NCBI RefSeq assembly: GCF_000014785.1
Contig: NC_008340.1
Location: 1,500,001-1,532,000 of the forward strand
Direction: 5' to 3'
DNA length: 32,000 nucleotides
Source: Alkalilimnicola ehrlichii MLHE-1
Lineage (GTDB): Bacteria > Pseudomonadota > Gammaproteobacteria > Nitrococcales > Halorhodospiraceae
The translations under genes and the position numbers were made by a program. The notes under the pieces are model-generated. The model was not told the DNA's origin and did no database searches. It was given only the letters and a program-made list of their open reading frames with translations. The stretch's first letter is position 1, and every line of letters begins with the position of its first letter. Shown one piece after another: positions 27,069 to 32,000 of this stretch.

Positions 27069-27095
27069 ACGCCTGTCCTTAAACGCCTATCCTTA
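27069..27095. repeat. tandem 13-bp direct repeat ACGCCT(G/A)TCCTTA x2 upstream of gpmA
   Basis: 27069-27081 and 27083-27095 differ at one position. On the minus strand they read TAAGGAYAGGCGT twice, 20-46 nt upstream of the gpmA ATG, in a locally AT-richer stretch. Confidence 0.8.
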
Positions 27096-27187
27096 GGAGT
27101 GGCTTGGTATCGATCATTGGCCGGGCAGTTTATCCGCCGACGGCCCCCGGGGCCACCCCATGCCCGTGCGGAACCGGCTGCGGCGCC

Positions 27188-27640
27188 TCACGGGCGGGCA
27201 AAGTAGCGCCCCTGCAGGGTGGCGTCCGGATCGTCGCGCTCGCCCACCTGGATCACCAGCGGCAGGCGCACCCGCCGGCCGGTGCGCAGCCTCTGGAGCA
27301 ACTCCTCGCGCTGCTCCGGGGTGAGGGTGGTGTGGGCGACGATCGGGCCGGTGACCGGGCGCTGGTAGTGCATCCGCGCATCGGCGATCACCAGCTCCGC
27401 CTGCTGGCCCGCCCCCTCGGTCACGTGGCGGAGCAGGGCCCAGCCGGCCAGCACACAGACCGAATAGATGGCGCCGGCGAAGCCGGTCCCGGCGTGGTTG
27501 TGATTCGGGCCCAGTGGCGCGCTCAGGGTGATATGGGTTGGCCCCAGGTCGTCCACCTGGATGGCCATCCGGGCCGATAGGGGAATCAGGCGGTGCAGCT
27601 CCGCCTGCAGGGCACGCTTGTCGTTGTCGTCTACTGCCAC
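27188..27640 (-). CDS. YiiD C-terminal-type hot-dog thioesterase domain protein
   Basis: 150 aa. ...IPLSARMAIQVDDLGPTHITLSAPLGPNHNHAGTGFAGAIYSVCVLAGWAL... resembles the TIGR02447 yiiD_Cterm pattern. GTG start at 27640 with GGAAGGAG RBS. Confidence 0.6.
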   Translation of the reverse strand: MAVDDNDKRALQAELHRLIPLSARMAIQVDDLGPTHITLSAPLGPNHNHAGTGFAGAIYSVCVLAGWALLRHVTEGAGQQAELVIADARMHYQRPVTGPIVAHTTLTPEQREELLQRLRTGRRVRLPLVIQVGERDDPDATLQGRYFARP

Positions 27641-27741
27641 GGCCGCTCCTTCCTCTTTCCCTGGGCTCCCGTTGCGGATTCTAGCACCACCGGGGGCCCA
27701 GCTTGGGTTAGCATGGGGCCTGGGACAGCAAAGGGGGCAGC

Positions 27742-28212
27742 ATGCCGGCAGAGATCGAGCGCAAGTTCCTGGTTCGGGACGACCGTTGGCGGGCCGATGC
27801 CGGGCCCGGAAGGGCGTATCGGCAGGGGTACTTCGGCGGCACCCGCCGGGCGTCCATCCGGGTGCGGATCACCGGTGATCAGGGCCGACTCAATATCAAG
27901 AGCATGACCCTGGGGGTGGAACGCATGGAGTACGAGTACCCCATCCCGGTGGATGAGGCCCGTGAGATGCTCGAGGAGCTCTGTGACCGGCCCTTTGTGG
28001 AAAAGACCCGTTACGAGGTGCCGGTGGGGGATCACGTCTGGGAGGTGGACGTCTTCGAGGGAGACAACGCCGGGCTGGTGGTGGCCGAGGTGGAACTGAG
28101 CGATCCGGACGAGCCCTTCGAGCGCCCCGACTGGGCCGGCGAGGAGGTCTCGCACGACCCCAAATACTACAACATCAACCTGGTGAAGCACCCCTACCGG
28201 GACTGGAAGTAG
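27742..28212 (+). CDS. CYTH-domain protein (triphosphate tunnel metalloenzyme)
   Basis: MPAEIERKFLV (the EXEXK signature), ...IRVRI.G....L.IK..., EYEY.IP, and VAEVEL, typical of the CYTH/CyaB-ThTPase fold. Confidence 0.85.
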   Translation: MPAEIERKFLVRDDRWRADAGPGRAYRQGYFGGTRRASIRVRITGDQGRLNIKSMTLGVERMEYEYPIPVDEAREMLEELCDRPFVEKTRYEVPVGDHVWEVDVFEGDNAGLVVAEVELSDPDEPFERPDWAGEEVSHDPKYYNINLVKHPYRDWK

Positions 28213-28215
28213 ACG

Positions 28216-28749
28216 ATGGGCGAGTCGGGGAGCGCCAAGCCGCGCTGGTTGGCCGTGGACCTGGCCGCTCAGGTCCTGACCCTGTTTCAGGGACCGACGG
28301 CGCTGCACCGCTGGCCGGTATCCACCGGGCGGCAGGGCATCGGGGAAGGCGAGGGCAGCGGCCGAACGCCCCGCGGCTGGCATCGCATCCGGGCCTGTAT
28401 CGGCGCAGGACAGCCGCCGGGGGCGGTGTTCGTCGGCCGCCGGCCGACGGGCGAGGTCTACACCTCGGCACTGGGCCGGGCCCAGCCCGAGCGCGACTGG
28501 ATCCTCAGCCGTATCCTCTGGCTGTGTGGCGAGGAACCGGGCGTCAACCGGGGTGGCCGGGTGGATACCCAGCGCCGCTACATTTACATTCATGGCTGTC
28601 CGGACGAATGCCCTATGGGGATCCCTCTGAGCCACGGCTGCATCCGCATGCGCAACACCGATGTCATTGCCCTGTTCGACCGGATCACGCCCGGGACCCG
28701 GGTCTGGCTTGGGGTCGGGGCGCCACCGGGCCGCAAGGAGGTGGGGTGA
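28216..28749 (+). CDS. YkuD-fold (L,D-transpeptidase catalytic domain) protein without signal peptide
   Basis: YIYIHGCPDECPMGIPLSHGCIRMRNTDVIALF is the YkuD active-site motif (H...SHGCIRM). The N-terminus MGESGSAKPRWLAVDLAAQVL has no hydrophobic signal or lipobox. The start is 3 nt after the CYTH stop, and the stop overlaps the nagZ ATG. Confidence 0.8.
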   Translation: MGESGSAKPRWLAVDLAAQVLTLFQGPTALHRWPVSTGRQGIGEGEGSGRTPRGWHRIRACIGAGQPPGAVFVGRRPTGEVYTSALGRAQPERDWILSRILWLCGEEPGVNRGGRVDTQRRYIYIHGCPDECPMGIPLSHGCIRMRNTDVIALFDRITPGTRVWLGVGAPPGRKEVG

Positions 28750-29795
28750 TGCTGCTCGGACCACTCATGATGGGGCTTGAGGGGACCCGGCTGAGCTCGG
28801 AGGAGCGGACGCTGTTGTGCCACCCCCGGGTCGGCGGGGTCATCCTGTTCAGCCGCAATTTCCAGTCGCCGGAGCAGTTGCGGGCGTTGACCGACGCCAT
28901 CCACGCCCTGCGCCGCCCGCCGTTGCTGATCGCGGTGGACCAGGAGGGTGGGCGGGTGCAGCGCTTCCGCGAGGGGTTTACCCGGCTGCCGGCACCCGGC
29001 GTGCTCGCCGCGGTGTACGACCGCGATCCGGCCCAGGCGCGCGCACTGTCCCACGACATGGGCTGGCTCATGGCCTCGGAACTGCTGGCCTGCGGGGTCG
29101 ATTTCAGTTTTGCGCCGGTGCTGGATCTGGGTCGGGGGGTCAGCCGGGTGATCGGCGATAGGGCCTTCCATTCCCGTCCGGAGGCGGTGGTGCACCTGGC
29201 GCGTGGTTGGGTCGCGGGCATGCGCGATGCGGGTATGGCGGCGGTGGGCAAGCACTTCCCCGGCCACGGCTCGGTGGCGCCGGACTCTCACCTGGAGCTG
29301 CCCCGGGACCCGCGCGCGCGCAGCGCCCTGGAGGGCGCGGACCTGGTGCCCTTCCGGCGGCTCGCGGGTGATCGTCTGCCCGGGATGATGACCGCCCACG
29401 TGATCTACCAGGCGATCGACCCGCTGCCGGCCACGTTCTCCGGGTACTGGATCGGCGAGGTGTTGCGGGGCGAGCTGGGGTACGAAGGGGCCGTGTTCAG
29501 CGACGACCTGGGGATGGCCGCCGCCGCCGAGGCCGGGCCGTTGCCCCGACGCGCGCGGGCGGCCATGGAGGCGGGCTGCGATATGGTGCTGCTGTGCAAC
29601 CACCCGGAGGCGGTGCCGGCGGTGCTGCGTCACCTTCCCGACCCGGATCCGGTGTCCGACATGCGCCTGGTGCGGTTGCATGGCCGACCGGTCGTGGACA
29701 ACTGGCGGAAGCTGCACCGTCTGACGCGCTGGCAGGAGGCGGTCCGGCGGGTCAGAGGGCAGGATCCCTCTCCGGAAGGCGAACTGGAGGTTTGA
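28749..29795 (+). CDS. nagZ: beta-N-acetylhexosaminidase (peptidoglycan recycling)
   Basis: MLLGPLMMGLEGTRLSSEERTLLCHPRVGGVILFSRNF...LIAVDQEGGRVQRF...DFSFAPVLDL.....VIGDRAF...GKHFPGHG: GH3 NagZ. The start is trimmed from 28524 to ATG 28749 (TGATG coupling). Confidence 0.93.
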   Translation: MLLGPLMMGLEGTRLSSEERTLLCHPRVGGVILFSRNFQSPEQLRALTDAIHALRRPPLLIAVDQEGGRVQRFREGFTRLPAPGVLAAVYDRDPAQARALSHDMGWLMASELLACGVDFSFAPVLDLGRGVSRVIGDRAFHSRPEAVVHLARGWVAGMRDAGMAAVGKHFPGHGSVAPDSHLELPRDPRARSALEGADLVPFRRLAGDRLPGMMTAHVIYQAIDPLPATFSGYWIGEVLRGELGYEGAVFSDDLGMAAAAEAGPLPRRARAAMEAGCDMVLLCNHPEAVPAVLRHLPDPDPVSDMRLVRLHGRPVVDNWRKLHRLTRWQEAVRRVRGQDPSPEGELEV

Positions 29796-29824
29796 GCGGA
29801 TGAGCAATGGGAGGGGGCGGACCG

Positions 29825-30421
29825 ATGGCGTGGGATGAGGCGGAGCGGATCCTCAGCGAGGCGGACCTGATCCACGACGGACAGGCCGTGGACCGGGCGC
29901 TGGACGACCTTGCGAGCCAGATCACGGAACGGCTCGAACACACTCGCCCGCTGATTCTCGGGGTGATGATCGGTGGCATGGTGCCAGCGGGTATGTTGCT
30001 GCCCCGCCTGGGGTTTCCGCTGCAGCTGGACTACGTCCATGCCACCCGCTATCGCGGTGGCCTGAGTGGGCAGAACGACCTGCAGTGGCGGGCGGAGCCG
30101 GGTACCCCGGTACGGGACCGGGTGGTGCTGGTGGTGGACGATATCCTGGACGAGGGCCATACCCTGGCCGGGATCGTCGAGGCCCTGCAGGCGCAGGGCG
30201 CTGCGGAGGTCCTCACCGCGGTTCTGGTGAACAAGCTCCACCAACGCAAGCATCCCGGGCTGCGCGCCGACTTCGTCGGCCTGGAAGTGCCTGACCGCTA
30301 CGTCTTCGGGGTGGGTATGGACTACAAGGGGCTGTGCCGTAACGCCCCGGGAATCTTCGCCGTGCGCGAGCCGGCGCCGGCCACCGGCGACCGGGCTGAA
30401 GCAAAGGAGCCGACGCAATGA
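29825..30421 (+). CDS. hypoxanthine(-guanine) phosphoribosyltransferase-like protein
   Basis: VVLVVDDILDEGHTLAGI is a PRPP-binding motif. ...DFVGLEVPDRYVFGVGMDYKGLCRN... is typical of the 6-oxopurine PRTase C-terminus. ATG 29825 (GGGAGGGGG RBS) is preferred, with ATG 29807 as an alternative. Confidence 0.8.
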   Translation: MAWDEAERILSEADLIHDGQAVDRALDDLASQITERLEHTRPLILGVMIGGMVPAGMLLPRLGFPLQLDYVHATRYRGGLSGQNDLQWRAEPGTPVRDRVVLVVDDILDEGHTLAGIVEALQAQGAAEVLTAVLVNKLHQRKHPGLRADFVGLEVPDRYVFGVGMDYKGLCRNAPGIFAVREPAPATGDRAEAKEPTQ

Positions 30422-31155
30422 CATTGGCAATCATCGGGGGCACCGGCCTGACCACGCTGGAGGGGTTGGAGATCACCCGTCGGGAGGTGGTTCGCACCCC
30501 CTTTGGCGAGCCGTCCGGGCCGGTCATTCATGGCGTGCTCCAGGGGCGGGAGGTGATGTTTCTCGCCCGCCATGGCTATGCCCACACCATCCCGCCGCAC
30601 CAGATCAACTACCGGGCCAACATCTGGGCCATGCGTCACCTGGGTGTGCGCAAACTGATCGCGGTGGCCGCAGTGGGCGGGATCAGCGAGGAGATGGAAC
30701 CGGCGCGACTGGCCTTTCCGGACCAGATCATCGATTACACGTACGGGCGCCGGCACACCTTCTTCGAGCAGGACCTGACCGATGTGGTGCATATCGATTT
30801 CACCTACCCCTACGACCAGGCGCTCCGGGACGTGCTGATCGCGGCGGCGGAGGAGGCCGACCTGGGGGCGGTGCCCTGGGGGACCTACGGTGCCACCCAG
30901 GGGCCGCGGCTGGAGACGGCGGCCGAGGTGCGCCGGCTGGCACGGGACGGCTGCCACCTGGTGGGCATGACCGGGATGCCCGAGGCGGCCCTGGCCCGGG
31001 AGGCGGGGCTGGCCTACGCCACCTGCGCGGTGGTGGCGAACTGGGCCGCAGGCACCGGGGGGCGCACCGTCACCATGGACGAGATTGAGGCGAATCTGGT
31101 CCAGGGCATGGGTCGGGTGCGGACCTTGCTGGCACGGGTGGTGCCGCGCCTCTAG
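30418..31155 (+). CDS. mtnP: S-methyl-5'-thioadenosine / S-methyl-5'-thioinosine phosphorylase
   Basis: LAIIGGTGL...FGEPSGPV..G.L.GREV.FLARHG..HTIPPH.INYRANIWA...GV..LIAV.AVGG...GATQGPRLET.AE...LARDGC.LVGMTG.PEA.LARE: PNP/MTAP family. Its ATG overlaps the hpt stop (ATGA). Confidence 0.9.
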   Translation: MTLAIIGGTGLTTLEGLEITRREVVRTPFGEPSGPVIHGVLQGREVMFLARHGYAHTIPPHQINYRANIWAMRHLGVRKLIAVAAVGGISEEMEPARLAFPDQIIDYTYGRRHTFFEQDLTDVVHIDFTYPYDQALRDVLIAAAEEADLGAVPWGTYGATQGPRLETAAEVRRLARDGCHLVGMTGMPEAALAREAGLAYATCAVVANWAAGTGGRTVTMDEIEANLVQGMGRVRTLLARVVPRL

Positions 31156-31159
31156 CCCC

Positions 31160-32000
31160 CTATCCGCGACCCTTGCTTGGCGGGTGGGCCGCCTCCGGTA
31201 ACGGCCCCACGGTGATGGGCTTGCCCTCTATCAGGGCCGCGCCGTACTCGGCGTGGTCGAGGGGGAGCACGGCCAGCCCGGCAAAGCTGTCCTCGCCATC
31301 GCTCTCCGCCACCACCACCTGCCCGAGGCGCTTGTCCGCCGGGTCCCGCACCTCGGTGCCCGGCCGTGGGGGCAGGCCTGTCCCGCTGATCGGGAACATC
31401 CGTTTCTTCAGCCGTCCCAGGTAGTGCATGCGCGCCACCACTTCCTGACCGGGGTAGCAGCCCTTGCGGAAGCTTAGGCCGTCGATCACGTCGAGATTGG
31501 CCATCTGCGGGATGAACAGGTCCTGGCTGTCCTGGAAGATCTCGGGCTCGCCGGCCCGGATCTGCAGCAGGCGCCAGTGTTGCGGGTCGCCCACCGGCAG
31601 GTGATGCAGGGCCAGCCAGAGCCGCTTCATGCGGTCCGGACCGGCGATCAGCAGCGCGCGGTCTGCGGCCAGCGCCAGCAGGGTGGCCCCGTGGGTATGG
31701 GTCGTCCCGCTCGGCTCCGGGAGGGTCGTGTTCAACTCCCGGGTGGCGGCGTCCAGGGCCTCCTCACCGTAAAGCCCCAGCAGCAACTGCTCCCCGGAGC
31801 GGTCGTCAAGCGTGACCCGGGCCCGGAGGATGAACATCTGCAACCGGCGCATCACGCCCGTGACCAGTTCGCCCGGGCAGAGCAGCCGGAAGCTCTGATC
31901 GCCGTCGCGGACCACGCGGAACAGGGCCAGCAGGCGGCCCTTGGGGTTGCACCAGCCGGCCAGGCGCCAGCTGCCCTCCGGCATGCCTTCGATATCGTGG
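31160..32000 (-). CDS. ygfZ: folate-binding tRNA-modification/Fe-S repair protein YgfZ; N-terminus probably outside window
   Basis: SFRKGCYPGQEVVARMHYLGRLKKRM is the YgfZ KGC[Y/F]xGQE signature. The frame is still open at the window edge. Met 31984 would give a protein shorter than typical YgfZ. Confidence 0.85.
   Translation of the reverse strand, partial: HDIEGMPEGSWRLAGWCNPKGRLLALFRVVRDGDQSFRLLCPGELVTGVMRRLQMFILRARVTLDDRSGEQLLLGLYGEEALDAATRELNTTLPEPSGTTHTHGATLLALAADRALLIAGPDRMKRLWLALHHLPVGDPQHWRLLQIRAGEPEIFQDSQDLFIPQMANLDVIDGLSFRKGCYPGQEVVARMHYLGRLKKRMFPISGTGLPPRPGTEVRDPADKRLGQVVVAESDGEDSFAGLAVLPLDHAEYGAALIEGKPITVGPLPEAAHPPSKGRG

Noticed and set aside
31130-31144. TGGCACGGGTGGTGC, a 10/11 match to the sigma-54 consensus with correct spacing.
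   Set aside because: It lies inside the 3' end of mtnP on the plus strand and points into the convergent ygfZ gene, so there is nothing to transcribe. I keep it only as a calibration of how often such matches arise by chance here.

Overview
High-GC (by eye about two-thirds G+C), gene-dense proteobacterial chromosomal segment dominated by core metabolism. I see no integrase, transposase, phage gene, CRISPR array or recognisable defence gene, so this does not look like an accessory island. I support 33 CDS, two tandem tRNA-Ala(GGC) genes each with its own promoter, one TPP riboswitch and one clear bidirectional terminator.

Gene order:
- folE(partial)-folX
- 7TMR-DISM GGDEF cyclase (-)
- gltX, then tRNA-Ala x2
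- yqeC-mobA-CMD (-)
- divergent two-Cys ArsR regulator, then SulP/STAS permease
- Cys-motif 6-TM protein, N-domain-less sigma-54 activator, msrA (-)
- divergent YbbA/YbbP-type ABC transporter plus AttH-like lipoprotein
- tandem Usp
- glpK (-)
- thiC with TPP riboswitch (-)
- secreted TPR-like protein carrying CxxCH
- IclR (-) divergent from glycerate 2-kinase
- pterin-4a-carbinolamine dehydratase
- gpmA, SDR, DUF3096, moaC (-)
- YiiD-type thioesterase (-)
- CYTH, signal-less YkuD protein, nagZ, hpt, MTA/MTI phosphorylase
- ygfZ (-, partial)

Many ORFs in the supplied track are mirror or off-frame artefacts of high GC, or N-terminal over-extensions. I trimmed starts using RBS and homology logic.

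I cannot point to a clearly novel multi-gene system. The best candidates for undescribed biology are:
1. The membrane protein / domain-less sigma-54 activator / MsrA operon.
2. The SqrR/BigR-like persulfide-type regulator with SulP, divergent from yqeC-mobA-CMD.
3. The cytoplasmic YkuD-fold protein translationally coupled to NagZ.
4. The secreted TPR protein with a single heme-c motif.

All functional calls rest on motif recognition by eye and on recalled family knowledge. No searches were run.
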